This document shows positions 36,827 through 46,496 of a DNA stretch of 64,000 bases, piece by piece. Location: NCBI GenBank assembly GCA_963931185.1, contig OZ006981.1, forward strand, positions 295,910 through 359,909. The letters run 5' to 3'. A model generated the notes under the pieces. The model worked only from the letters and a program-made list of their open reading frames with translations. It ran no database searches and had not been told where the DNA came from. The position numbers and the translations under genes were made by a program. How positions within the stretch are numbered: the first letter of the stretch is position 1; each line of letters starts with the position of its first letter. The stretch is from an uncultured Bacilli bacterium. Its GTDB lineage: Bacteria; Bacillota_I; Bacilli_A; RF39; UBA660.

Positions 36827-38007
36827 TATTTCACCTTGATCCTCATCATTGAATTTTTTTCAATTGGAAAATCCACTATTAACTTAATTATTTGTTCTGG
36901 GTGCCTAGCTACTTCAATAGAATTCATATTTTCATCATAAACTTTATCTATTTTAAATGAATAAATGCTACCACTAGGAGTAAAAATTTCTACTTCATCA
37001 TTTTCTTTAAAGTAGTTTCTTTGGGTAAGAGTTACTATTTTAGTATTCTTATCATAATCTAAAATTAAGCCTAAATAGTCTTGATTAGAATTTTCTTGTC
37101 TGCCAGTATAATACTGATCAGTGTAGTCTGCTTTTTTCATATAATAATGGGAACTTGTTTCTCGATTAGCAACACGCGATAATATTTTTTCTTCCTTCTT
37201 TATTATATCTTTATTCAGTGTCCCATCATAATAGCTATCAATAAGTTTTCGATAAGAAGAAATAACAGTAGCCAAATAATAAGGTGAACGCATTCTCCCT
37301 TCAATTTTCAACGACTTAACTCCACTTGCAATTAACATATCTAAATATTCTGCCATATTTAAATCTTTAGTTGCCATAGTAAACTTTTCTTCATAATTAG
37401 CTATATCAAAGGCAAAGCGACATATTTGAGCACAGCCCCCACGATTAGAGTCTCTATTAGTAAAATAATTTGATAAACAACAGCGACCACTATAGAAAGT
37501 ACACATTGCACCATGAATAAATACTTCTAAATCAATATCAATTTTATCTAAAATTTCTTTAATCTCTTTAATAGATACCTCTCTTGCCAAAACAACTCTA
37601 TCAATTTTTTCTTTTTTCCAAAATTTAATTGCTTCTAAATTTGTTGTCGAACCTTGTGTACTTAAATGAACTTCAACATCAAAATTATCTTTTATATATT
37701 TTACTAAAAAAGGATCGCTAACAATAAAAGCATCAATTTTGGCATCTACAACTTTTTTTATAAAGTCATATACACCATATAAATCTTCGTTATGAAAAAC
37801 AATATTTAAAGTTAAATATACTTTCTTTCCCAAATTGTGAGCAAAAGTAGTAGCTTGTTTTATTTCATCTAAACTAAAATTATTAGCATTAGCCCTCAAA
37901 CTGTATTCTTGTCCACCAATATATACAGCATCGGCACCATACAATAAAGCTATTTTTAAGCGTTCCAAATCACCGGCTGGTGATAACAATTCCACCTTTT
38001 TAATCAT
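36826..38007 (-). CDS. Peptidase U32 family protein (TrhP/YrrO-like)
   Basis: VELLSPAGDLERLKIALLYGADAVYIGG N-terminus; sits in the mltG-yrrM-yrrN-yrrO gene order. Confidence 0.75.
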   Translation of the reverse strand: MIKKVELLSPAGDLERLKIALLYGADAVYIGGQEYSLRANANNFSLDEIKQATTFAHNLGKKVYLTLNIVFHNEDLYGVYDFIKKVVDAKIDAFIVSDPFLVKYIKDNFDVEVHLSTQGSTTNLEAIKFWKKEKIDRVVLAREVSIKEIKEILDKIDIDLEVFIHGAMCTFYSGRCCLSNYFTNRDSNRGGCAQICRFAFDIANYEEKFTMATKDLNMAEYLDMLIASGVKSLKIEGRMRSPYYLATVISSYRKLIDSYYDGTLNKDIIKKEEKILSRVANRETSSHYYMKKADYTDQYYTGRQENSNQDYLGLILDYDKNTKIVTLTQRNYFKENDEVEIFTPSGSIYSFKIDKVYDENMNSIEVARHPEQIIKLIVDFPIEKNSMMRIKVK

Positions 38008-38869
38008 TTTTCTTCACCTTATAAATTGTTTTTTGAAAAAAGAATCCTTGATAATTTCCAATTAGTTTTTTTATTTCATCAACTGCTTTTACATTTTTAT
38101 TATTTATAATTTCTTTACACAAAGTAATTATTTTTTCAAAAGTATTTCCTTCAATTTCGAATTCATTTAAAATAGCATAATCAACAGTTATATTATTTAA
38201 AATAGAACTTCCATTCAAAATTTTCCCGTAATAAATACCATCACCAGAATCTTCCTCTTTTATAAAATAGTCTTCATTATTATTAGTCAGACGATATATT
38301 AAAGATTCCTGTTTCTTTTTATTAGCAAAAAAATAATTACTTAATAGACTTCTTCTTGAAAAAGACATTAATGGATAACCAATAACCATAGCAAATAATA
38401 ACATATTAGTATTCTTTTTAATATCATTTATTTCTTCTAAAGTTATTTCTGTAGAAACAACACCATATTTTACACCTTTTTCATAGTAATAATTACATGT
38501 TTTATAATTTGTTACCATATGTGTTTGATTCCATACTAAATCTACTGATAATCTATTTTTTAATTTAAGATTTAATATTGCTAAATCATAAAATAAAATC
38601 CCTGAGATTTTTAATTTATCTAAATATAAAAGGTTTTCTTCTAATTGATTTAATTCATCATTAAAAATATTTTTATTAATAGAAATAAAAATTTCTATAT
38701 CTCTATTTTCATCAACGATTTCTTTAATTTCTTCTTTATTTAAAGTAAGATTATAACCAGAAGAAAATCCTTTTAACCCAAAAATAAAGGCATCTGCCCC
38801 TATTTTTTTATATTTTTTAATATTTTCTTTTTTATTTGGCACTACTACTAGTTTCATGATATCACCCAA
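38000..38869 (-). CDS. Peptidase U32 family protein (YrrN-like)
   Basis: KKIGADAFIFGLKGFSS; paired with the preceding U32 gene. Confidence 0.65.
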   Translation of the reverse strand: MGDIMKLVVVPNKKENIKKYKKIGADAFIFGLKGFSSGYNLTLNKEEIKEIVDENRDIEIFISINKNIFNDELNQLEENLLYLDKLKISGILFYDLAILNLKLKNRLSVDLVWNQTHMVTNYKTCNYYYEKGVKYGVVSTEITLEEINDIKKNTNMLLFAMVIGYPLMSFSRRSLLSNYFFANKKKQESLIYRLTNNNEDYFIKEEDSGDGIYYGKILNGSSILNNITVDYAILNEFEIEGNTFEKIITLCKEIINNKNVKAVDEIKKLIGNYQGFFFQKTIYKVKKND

Positions 38870-39467
38870 CTTCTTTTTTATTAGTTACAGCTATGCCATC
38901 ACCAATTTCATAAAATTTTGTTGAATAAACATTTGAATTTTTTAAATATTCAATATATTTTTTTATTTTTTTTACTAAACCTCTTAAATTTCTACTTTTA
39001 ATTTCTCTTTCATCTTTCTTAACATAACCATGAAAATTAATATTATCTGTTATAAAAAATCCTTCTTTTTCTAAATTACCTTCAAAATGTTCTAAAAAAT
39101 CAATATTTTTGCCCTTAGCACCATCTAAAAATATTAAATCAAATTTATCATCTAAATTAACATTCAAAGCATCCCCAAATATCAAAGTTATTCTATTTTC
39201 TAAATCAAATTTTTTAACATTTTTTAGAGCCTCTAAGTATCTTGCCTCATCACGTTCAATCGTTACAATTTTTAAATTAGGACTAGATAAAGCCATTATT
39301 ATTGAAGAATAACCTATTGCTGTTCCAATCTCTAAAACCTTAGTTATTTGATGCTTTAATATAAAAGTTGTTAAAAACTCTATACCATCATCTAACATAA
39401 TTGGAACATTTTCTTTTAAAGCATAATCCTTAATTTCCTTAACCATTGTATGAAATTTACCAATCAT
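38862..39467 (-). CDS. Class I SAM-dependent O-methyltransferase (YrrM/TrmR-like)
   Basis: VLEIGTAIGYSSI SAM-binding motif. Confidence 0.75.
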   Translation of the reverse strand: MIGKFHTMVKEIKDYALKENVPIMLDDGIEFLTTFILKHQITKVLEIGTAIGYSSIIMALSSPNLKIVTIERDEARYLEALKNVKKFDLENRITLIFGDALNVNLDDKFDLIFLDGAKGKNIDFLEHFEGNLEKEGFFITDNINFHGYVKKDEREIKSRNLRGLVKKIKKYIEYLKNSNVYSTKFYEIGDGIAVTNKKEVG

Positions 39468-39482
39468 TTCATTCTCCTTTAA

Positions 39483-40550
39483 TTATCTTTGCCATTTTCC
39501 AGATTGAATAAGTTCATTTTTCTTTGCAATCTGTTCTTGTAGAGTCTTAAAAAAATATGTTACTCCTTCATTATCAGATAAAAAGTATAAATTATCAGAC
39601 TCTTCAGGAGTTATTGCTGCTACTATAGCACTCATCCCAGGAAGAGAAATAGGACCAATTGGTAAAGATTTTAAAATATAAGTATTATAATCATTAACAT
39701 TAGACATCATTTCACTAGTAGCAATACCTACTTCATCAAAATCCATTCCCATTCCATAATATGCAGTGGCGCAACTACCTAAAGACATATTTAATTTTAA
39801 TCTATTATAAAAAACAGATGAAATTTTGCCAAAATCTTTAGTTTTTCCTTCTTTTTCTATTATTGAAGCTAATGTTAAAATCTCATGAACATTTAAATCA
39901 CTATTTTTAATTTTATCTTTATATTCTTCTAAAACACTTCCCATTTTATCCAACATTTTTTCAAGTATTTCTTTTACTGTCACATTTTTACTTGAAAAAT
40001 AATAAGTATCAGGGAATAAATAACCTTCTAAAGAATAATATAACTTATCGTTTTTTATATTATCTGTTATAAACCAATATTTTTCTATTAATTCATCCAA
40101 ATATTTATCATCATTTAAAGTACTAATTACATCATCATAAGAATTATTAGTATTATCTTGTATAAGTGTCGCTAATTTTCTTATATTAATACCTTCTTTA
40201 AAAGTAATTGCTATTTGATTTGGATTATAAGAATTACCATTTTCTAAAACAGATATTATTTCTTTTAAATCCATATTTTTAGATAAATAATAAGTTGATG
40301 CCTTAAAATCTTTAGTATCAAATAACTTTATGTAAATACTAAAAAAATTACTACTTCTTATTAAACCATTTTCTTCTAAAATATTACCTACTTCTTTTTT
40401 ACTAGTTCCTTGTGGAATTATCACTTCTATTTTACTATCATCATTTTTATCTACTGCTTTAATATTTATATTATAAATTGTACAAAGAGATAATATAGTT
40501 ATCCCTAATAATACTAATATAATTGCTGCTATATTTCTAAATATTTTCAC
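39483..40550 (-). CDS. mltG: Endolytic murein transglycosylase MltG (YceG-like)
   Basis: N-terminal TM helix and YceG-like domain; operon context. Confidence 0.8.
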   Translation of the reverse strand: MKIFRNIAAIILVLLGITILSLCTIYNINIKAVDKNDDSKIEVIIPQGTSKKEVGNILEENGLIRSSNFFSIYIKLFDTKDFKASTYYLSKNMDLKEIISVLENGNSYNPNQIAITFKEGINIRKLATLIQDNTNNSYDDVISTLNDDKYLDELIEKYWFITDNIKNDKLYYSLEGYLFPDTYYFSSKNVTVKEILEKMLDKMGSVLEEYKDKIKNSDLNVHEILTLASIIEKEGKTKDFGKISSVFYNRLKLNMSLGSCATAYYGMGMDFDEVGIATSEMMSNVNDYNTYILKSLPIGPISLPGMSAIVAAITPEESDNLYFLSDNEGVTYFFKTLQEQIAKKNELIQSGKWQR

Positions 40551-40570
40551 AACTATAATATAACGAGCAA

Positions 40571-40900
40571 CTATTGCTCGTTATTTCCTTCTTCATTATT
40601 AGCAGTATCAATTTTCTTTTTAATTTCTTCTTGTAATGTATTCAAAATAGTTTCTATAACTTTCCACTCTTGTTCAGTAGTTATTGGTTCTAATTTTTGA
40701 TCTTCTTGATTTGGATCATATATTGAAGCATAAACTTGAATATTACCACTTTCATCTTTTGAGTTGTCTGTATATACTATATAACTTTTTTTTGTTTCCT
40801 CAGAATCAAAAGTAAAAAGTATATCACACATAATTTCTTCACCACGATCATTTATAACTTTAAATGTATTCTCTTCTTGTTTTAATTCATTATCTTCCAT
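40571..40900 (-). CDS. DUF1292 (YrzB-like) protein
   Basis: 109-aa acidic protein in the conserved position next to ruvX. Confidence 0.6.
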   Translation of the reverse strand: MEDNELKQEENTFKVINDRGEEIMCDILFTFDSEETKKSYIVYTDNSKDESGNIQVYASIYDPNQEDQKLEPITTEQEWKVIETILNTLQEEIKKKIDTANNEEGNNEQ

Positions 40901-40916
40901 ATTCTAATCTCCTTTT

Positions 40917-41333
40917 TTATTTTCTAATCATATTTAAATATGATTGTAATATAATGGTTGCAGCTAAACTATCAATTACTTTTTTTCTTTTTTTTCTAGA
41001 TGTATCATTCTTTATCAATAAATTAGTTGCTTCTTTAGTTGTTAATCTCTCATCTACTAATATTACTTCTCTATCAATTTTTGATTCCAATAATTGTTTA
41101 AAATTGTAAGACAGTTCTCCTTTAAAGCCAATTGTATTATTCATATTTTTAGGTAGTCCCAATACAATTTTTTCTATTTTCTCTTTTTCTACAACATTCT
41201 TCACTTCTTCAACTAATCTTTCATATTCTTCATCATGTCTTATTATTTTATAACTAGAAGCAATTATTCCATTAGGATCAGATAAAGCCATTCCTAAAGT
41301 TTTACTTCCTAAATCCAGTCCTAAATACCTCAT
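40917..41333 (-). CDS. ruvX: Putative pre-16S rRNA nuclease / Holliday junction resolvase-like RuvX (YqgF)
   Basis: MRYLGLDLGSKTLGMALSD. Confidence 0.85.
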   Translation of the reverse strand: MRYLGLDLGSKTLGMALSDPNGIIASSYKIIRHDEEYERLVEEVKNVVEKEKIEKIVLGLPKNMNNTIGFKGELSYNFKQLLESKIDREVILVDERLTTKEATNLLIKNDTSRKKRKKVIDSLAATIILQSYLNMIRK

Positions 41334-41638
41334 AATTTACTTACATAGTTTTTAAGTAAAACTTCAATTATTGTACTTCTTTCAATACTAGTTATTTTAT
41401 TTCTAGCATCATTATGTGAAGATATATATCCAGGATCACCACTCATAATATATCCAACCAATTGATTTATTTCATTATAACCTTTTTCTTTTAATGCAAT
41501 ACAAACTTCTTTTAAAGTTGTAGCTACTAAAGAGCTTTCAAATTCATCAATCGAATATAAAGTTGTCTGTTCTATTTCTTTATTTTCAGAAGAATTATCC
41601 ATATTACCACCTCTATCACTATAGAATAATTCTATCAT
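41330..41638 (-). CDS. UPF0297/IreB-like small regulatory protein
   Basis: 102 aa in the conserved position upstream of ruvX. Confidence 0.55.
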   Translation of the reverse strand: MIELFYSDRGGNMDNSSENKEIEQTTLYSIDEFESSLVATTLKEVCIALKEKGYNEINQLVGYIMSGDPGYISSHNDARNKITSIERSTIIEVLLKNYVSKL

Positions 41639-41653
41639 TTAATTATTAATTAA

Positions 41654-42829
41654 TCAACTAAAATTAACATAATTAAAAGCTATGAACAATAACAACATAA
41701 TAAATAATATAGATACTATTAAACCATTTATTTTTTCAAAATTATTGCTTTTGTATTTAACCCCTACACCAATAGTTATTAATAATCCTCCGATAAGTCC
41801 ACCAATATGAGCATAATTATCTATATTACTACCGGGTAAAAATCCAAATAATAGATTAATGACAATTATTGGAATAATTTGACTTTTTATCACTCCACCC
41901 AAATATACTCTATAATGATATCCAAAATATAAAAGAGAGCCTAACAAACCAAATATAGCACCTGATGCACCAATTGATGCATATCTATTCAATATTATTG
42001 ACAAAAGACTTGCAGATAAAATACTAAAAAAATAAATTATTATATATTTAACTTTTCCCATAAAGTTTTCAATTTGTGTTCCTATTAAATAAAGTGCATA
42101 CATATTAAACAAAAAATGAAATATATCAGCATGAAGAAAAGCACCAGTAATCAATCGATAATATTCATGATGAACAACAATATCATAACCATAAACAGAA
42201 TAGTTATAAACAAAATAGTCATATTTATCAAACATAAACATTAATATAAACATTATTGTATTTATTGCAATTAATATATATGTAATATATGTTTTTTTCT
42301 GTTTAAAAACCTCATCTACTTTTATAGCATCTTCTTTATTCTTTTTATTTATATCGGCAGTTATTTTCATAAATAATTGAAACCCTTCTTCAGAAAATGT
42401 CATTTTTTTACTTATATCCGGAAAAGCACTATATATAAATTTATACTTTTTTAAATCATTTATATCATACAATGAAATACAATCAATATTTTTAACATTT
42501 TCTAACACTATATCATCAGCAAGATCAGTAAAAATACTTAAAACATTCATTTTAAATGAAAATGTTTTCTTTTTAATTTTCTTTACTACATGTCTTGTTT
42601 TATATAAATCGAAATCCAATTGTTCCTCATTATGAATATGATTAGATACTATTCTTACAATCTTATAATCACCATTCAAATTTTCAAGCCATATCTCATC
42701 TTCTGCACCTTGAAGAATTATTGGATTATAATTCTTTTCAGTTATAAAATAATGAAGAAGCTTCATTGCTATTAAGTTTTTCCTATCTAATGCCTCTTGC
42801 AATTTTATCACTCCTTTAATTAATAACAT
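41654..42829 (-). CDS. Rhomboid-family intramembrane serine protease with N-terminal domain
   Basis: GASGAIFGLLG (GxSG) and the HIGGLIGG catalytic His segment. Confidence 0.75.
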   Translation of the reverse strand: MLLIKGVIKLQEALDRKNLIAMKLLHYFITEKNYNPIILQGAEDEIWLENLNGDYKIVRIVSNHIHNEEQLDFDLYKTRHVVKKIKKKTFSFKMNVLSIFTDLADDIVLENVKNIDCISLYDINDLKKYKFIYSAFPDISKKMTFSEEGFQLFMKITADINKKNKEDAIKVDEVFKQKKTYITYILIAINTIMFILMFMFDKYDYFVYNYSVYGYDIVVHHEYYRLITGAFLHADIFHFLFNMYALYLIGTQIENFMGKVKYIIIYFFSILSASLLSIILNRYASIGASGAIFGLLGSLLYFGYHYRVYLGGVIKSQIIPIIVINLLFGFLPGSNIDNYAHIGGLIGGLLITIGVGVKYKSNNFEKINGLIVSILFIMLLLFIAFNYVNFS

Positions 42830-42870
42830 TATACATTATAACATAAAATTAATAAAGAGGTGTAAAATAA

Positions 42871-43326
42871 GTGAAATATGTAATTTTTCCCATTTTTGCA
42901 TTATTTATCCTTTTCATTAATCTTTTAATAATTAAAAATTTTTATTTGTTTAAAATTCCGTTTTTTGCACTTCCAGCTACTATTTACAAATATTGTAGTA
43001 TCATTATATATTTAATATCAATTATACCAATACTTATTATATCAAAAAATTTTAATGGTTCATTTTTAGAATTTAATAGAAGATTAAAAAATATTATCAT
43101 AATAAATATTTTTTTATATATTTTATATAACATTTTTACTTTTAGATTAATAAGCCCCTTCTTATCTTTCTCAACAAAAATTTTTCAATTTGTTTCCTCT
43201 TTATATTTAAATGAAGAAATAATTTCACAAAGTAAAACAAGTGCCAAGTTTTTAAACATATATATATTATGGTGTTTTTACTTAACTCTTGTTTCTATTT
43301 CTATATTCTTTTTAAACAATTCTTAA
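42871..43326 (+). CDS. Hypothetical membrane protein
   Basis: 151-aa very hydrophobic ORF in a ~500-bp gap; uncertain. Confidence 0.3.
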   Translation: MKYVIFPIFALFILFINLLIIKNFYLFKIPFFALPATIYKYCSIIIYLISIIPILIISKNFNGSFLEFNRRLKNIIIINIFLYILYNIFTFRLISPFLSFSTKIFQFVSSLYLNEEIISQSKTSAKFLNIYILWCFYLTLVSISIFFLNNS

Positions 43327-44198
43327 CTAAGTTTATCAAAATATTCTTTAAATTCATACGGTATATCACTTTCAAAATATAACTCTTCTTTAGTAATTGG
43401 ATGAGAAAATTTTATACTTTTAGAATGTAAAAATTGTCCAAAAGAAGTAGTATTTTTATTTTTCCCATACAGTGGATCATTTACAATTGGATAACCAATA
43501 TATGCTAAATGGACTCTAATTTGATGTGTCCTTCCTGTATCTAATTTGCATTCTATTAATGTATTATTAGCATATCTTTTCAAAACTCTAAAATGCGTAA
43601 CTGCCTCTTTACTATTAATATCCGTAACAGACATTTTTTGACGATTAACAATATCTCTTCCAATTGGCGCATCTATTGTTCCAGTATCATGTTTTATAAC
43701 CCCAGATACTAATGCTAAATATTTTCTTTCCACTTTTTTTTCTTTTATCATTTTACTTAATAATTCATGAGTTTTATCATCTTTTGCGACAAGCATTAAT
43801 CCAGAAGTATCTTTATCTATTCGATGAACAATACCTGGTCTAAATTTGTTTTCACCTTTACTCAAACTAAATTTATACAAAAGGGCATTAACTAAAGTTT
43901 GATTATAATTCCCTGGTGCTGGATGAACTACCATACCACTTTTTTTATTTACAACAAGTAAATATTGATCTTCGTAAACAATATCTAACGGTATATTTTC
44001 TGGTTCAACTTTAATTTCATAACTCAAATCACCATTAACATCTATTTTATCATTATCATCAACTAAATAATTAGATTCCTTAACAACCCCATTAACAAAA
44101 ACGCAACCATCTTTTATCAATTTTTGTGCTCTACTTCTAGAAACATTTAATAAATTAGCTAAATATAAATCCAATCTTTCCTTATTTTCTTTTTTCAA
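43323..44198 (-). CDS. rluD: RluA-family pseudouridine synthase (RluD-like)
   Basis: HRIDKDTSGLMLVAKD catalytic motif; N-terminal S4 domain. Confidence 0.85.
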   Translation of the reverse strand: MKKENKERLDLYLANLLNVSRSRAQKLIKDGCVFVNGVVKESNYLVDDNDKIDVNGDLSYEIKVEPENIPLDIVYEDQYLLVVNKKSGMVVHPAPGNYNQTLVNALLYKFSLSKGENKFRPGIVHRIDKDTSGLMLVAKDDKTHELLSKMIKEKKVERKYLALVSGVIKHDTGTIDAPIGRDIVNRQKMSVTDINSKEAVTHFRVLKRYANNTLIECKLDTGRTHQIRVHLAYIGYPIVNDPLYGKNKNTTSFGQFLHSKSIKFSHPITKEELYFESDIPYEFKEYFDKLS

Positions 44199-44649
44199 TT
44201 AAATCATCCCTTACAAAATTTATTATTAAAATTATAACTCCTATTACAATCAATGTATCTGCAATATTAAAAATTGGATAATTGTAATCTAATATAATAA
44301 ATCTAAAAAAATCAATAACATATCCCCTAAACAATCTATCTATAAGATTACCTACAATGCCACCAACTATTAAACCAAATGCTACTTCATAAAAAAAACT
44401 TACTTTAGACAATTCTTCAATATATTTTATAAAAAAAATTAAAAATAAAATACTTATTATAGATAATAATAATGTATTATTTGAAAACATTCCCCATGCT
44501 GCACCAGTATTTCTAACATAAGTTATTGAAAAAAAGCCATTTATAACATTAACAACTTCATTTAATTTTAATAAACTTGTTATCAATAATTTTGTAGTCT
44601 GGTCTAAAATTATACCAATAATCGCTAATAAATAGATTTTCTTTTTCAT
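44182..44649 (-). CDS. lspA: Lipoprotein signal peptidase
   Basis: 4 TM helices; FNIADT motif. Confidence 0.8.
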   Translation of the reverse strand: MKKKIYLLAIIGIILDQTTKLLITSLLKLNEVVNVINGFFSITYVRNTGAAWGMFSNNTLLLSIISILFLIFFIKYIEELSKVSFFYEVAFGLIVGGIVGNLIDRLFRGYVIDFFRFIILDYNYPIFNIADTLIVIGVIILIINFVRDDLIEKRK

Positions 44650-44686
44650 TTTATCACCAAAATTATTTTATCAAATAACTTTATTA

Positions 44687-44920
44687 TTATAAAGAAATAT
44701 TTACTAAAATAACATCTTCACCTATTTTTTCAATATTTTTCCATTTAATTTCAGTATCAACTTTTCCTTTATTAAAAGAAAAAAAATTTTTATTTGGCTC
44801 TATAACTAAAGAAACAATATTTCCTGTTTCTTCATCTATTTTAACATCTATTATATTACCTATATTTTTTCCATCTTGTACATTAACTATATATTTAGTT
44901 TGTAAATCTGATAATCGCAT
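44687..44920 (-). CDS. YlmC/YmxH-family PRC-barrel protein
   Basis: MRLSDLQTKYIVNVQDGKNIGNIIDVKIDEETGNI. Confidence 0.7.
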   Translation of the reverse strand: MRLSDLQTKYIVNVQDGKNIGNIIDVKIDEETGNIVSLVIEPNKNFFSFNKGKVDTEIKWKNIEKIGEDVILVNISL

Positions 44921-44991
44921 ATTTCCTCCTAATAAATTATACTAAAATAGAAAGAAACAATTACAAAAAATACTGACCCTAAAGGTCAATA

Positions 44992-45636
44992 TTAATTTTT
45001 ATTAGAATTTTTTCTTAATATTTCTATTCTTTCATCATAATTATCACTATCTATTACATAACTACCACTAACTATTATATCAACGAAATCTAATCTTTTA
45101 GCAACTTCATCATTTATACCACCATCAATGCTTATTTTAGTTTTTAATTTTTTGCTAACAAGAATTTTCTTTATTTTCAATATTTTTTTTATACTATCAT
45201 CAATAAATTCTTGTCCTCCCATCCCAGGATTAACACTCATAATTAAAATTAAATCAATTTTAGACAAATATGGTAACAATATTGAAATATCTGTTTCAGG
45301 ATTTATTGCTAATCCGCATTTTATTCCATATTCCTTTATCAAATCAAGATACTTGTCAACTTTTTCTAATTCAGCATGTACTGTTATATATTCAGTATTA
45401 AGTGAGGCATAATAATTTATATTTTTCAAAGGATTTTTATCCATCAAATGAACATCAAGCCTTTTTGTCATGACAGTGGATAATTTAGATAATATTTTAA
45501 ATGGATTATTTTTATTTTTTACAAACCTACCATCCATCACATCAACATGAATGTAGTCAGTATTACTAATATCCAAATTCAATATATCTTTCTCTTTATT
45601 ATTACTGCTTAAAAATGAAACAGATATTTTCTTCAT
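44992..45636 (-). CDS. rpe: Ribulose-phosphate 3-epimerase
   Basis: HVDVMDGRFVKN motif. Confidence 0.8.
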   Translation of the reverse strand: MKKISVSFLSSNNKEKDILNLDISNTDYIHVDVMDGRFVKNKNNPFKILSKLSTVMTKRLDVHLMDKNPLKNINYYASLNTEYITVHAELEKVDKYLDLIKEYGIKCGLAINPETDISILLPYLSKIDLILIMSVNPGMGGQEFIDDSIKKILKIKKILVSKKLKTKISIDGGINDEVAKRLDFVDIIVSGSYVIDSDNYDERIEILRKNSNKN

Positions 45637-45645
45637 AAATCCTCC

Positions 45646-46488
45646 TTAAGAATGCTTATCTTTATTTAAAAACTTTAAATAATTTTCATATCTACTTTTC
45701 AAAATTTTTCCAGATTCTACAGCTTTCTTTATGCTACATTCTTCTATTGATTCATTAGTATGAGTACAATTGCTGTATTTACAAATATAATTTTTAAATT
45801 CTATAAAGTTATCTCTAATTTGTTCATTTAAAAAAATAGATAAATCAATACTTGAAAAACCCGGAGTATCAACTAACTTGCCATCAAAAATTTCAATCAA
45901 CTCTACACATCTAGTAGTATGTTTACCTCTACCTAATGCAATAGAAACTTCGCCTACATCCAAATTTAATCTACTATCAAGTTTATTAAAAAGGCTAGAT
46001 TTTCCAGCACCGGTCTGCCCAGTGAACACTGTGGTTTTATTCTTAAATATCCTTTTTAATTTATCTAATTGTGTATTATAATAAACATCATAACCTATTT
46101 TTTTATAATAATTTAAAATATTCCTGTATTTATTCTTTTCTTTCTCATTAACTAAATCTTCTTTTGTTATGCAAATTATTGGTTTTATTTTATTTATTTC
46201 CATAACTAATAATAACTTATCTAAAAGATTTTCAGAAAAGTCTGGTGTTTTAAGACTAGTTACAATTAAACCTTGATCAATATTAGCTACTAAAGGTCTT
46301 ATTAAAAAATTTTTTCTTGGCAATATTTCTAAAATATAATTATCATCTTTATCTATGATACAAAAATCTCCAACTACAGGCAAAATATTTTTATTTCGAA
46401 AATTGCCTCTACTATGACATTTGTAAATTTCACTATTGCAATTTACAAAATATAAATTACTAATTATTTTTATAATTTGACCTTTCAT
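45646..46488 (-). CDS. rsgA: Ribosome small-subunit-dependent GTPase A
   Basis: GQTGAGKSSLFN, DTPGF, and a C-terminal Cys/His zinc cluster. Confidence 0.85.
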   Translation of the reverse strand: MKGQIIKIISNLYFVNCNSEIYKCHSRGNFRNKNILPVVGDFCIIDKDDNYILEILPRKNFLIRPLVANIDQGLIVTSLKTPDFSENLLDKLLLVMEINKIKPIICITKEDLVNEKEKNKYRNILNYYKKIGYDVYYNTQLDKLKRIFKNKTTVFTGQTGAGKSSLFNKLDSRLNLDVGEVSIALGRGKHTTRCVELIEIFDGKLVDTPGFSSIDLSIFLNEQIRDNFIEFKNYICKYSNCTHTNESIEECSIKKAVESGKILKSRYENYLKFLNKDKHS

Positions 46489-46496
46489 AAAACTCC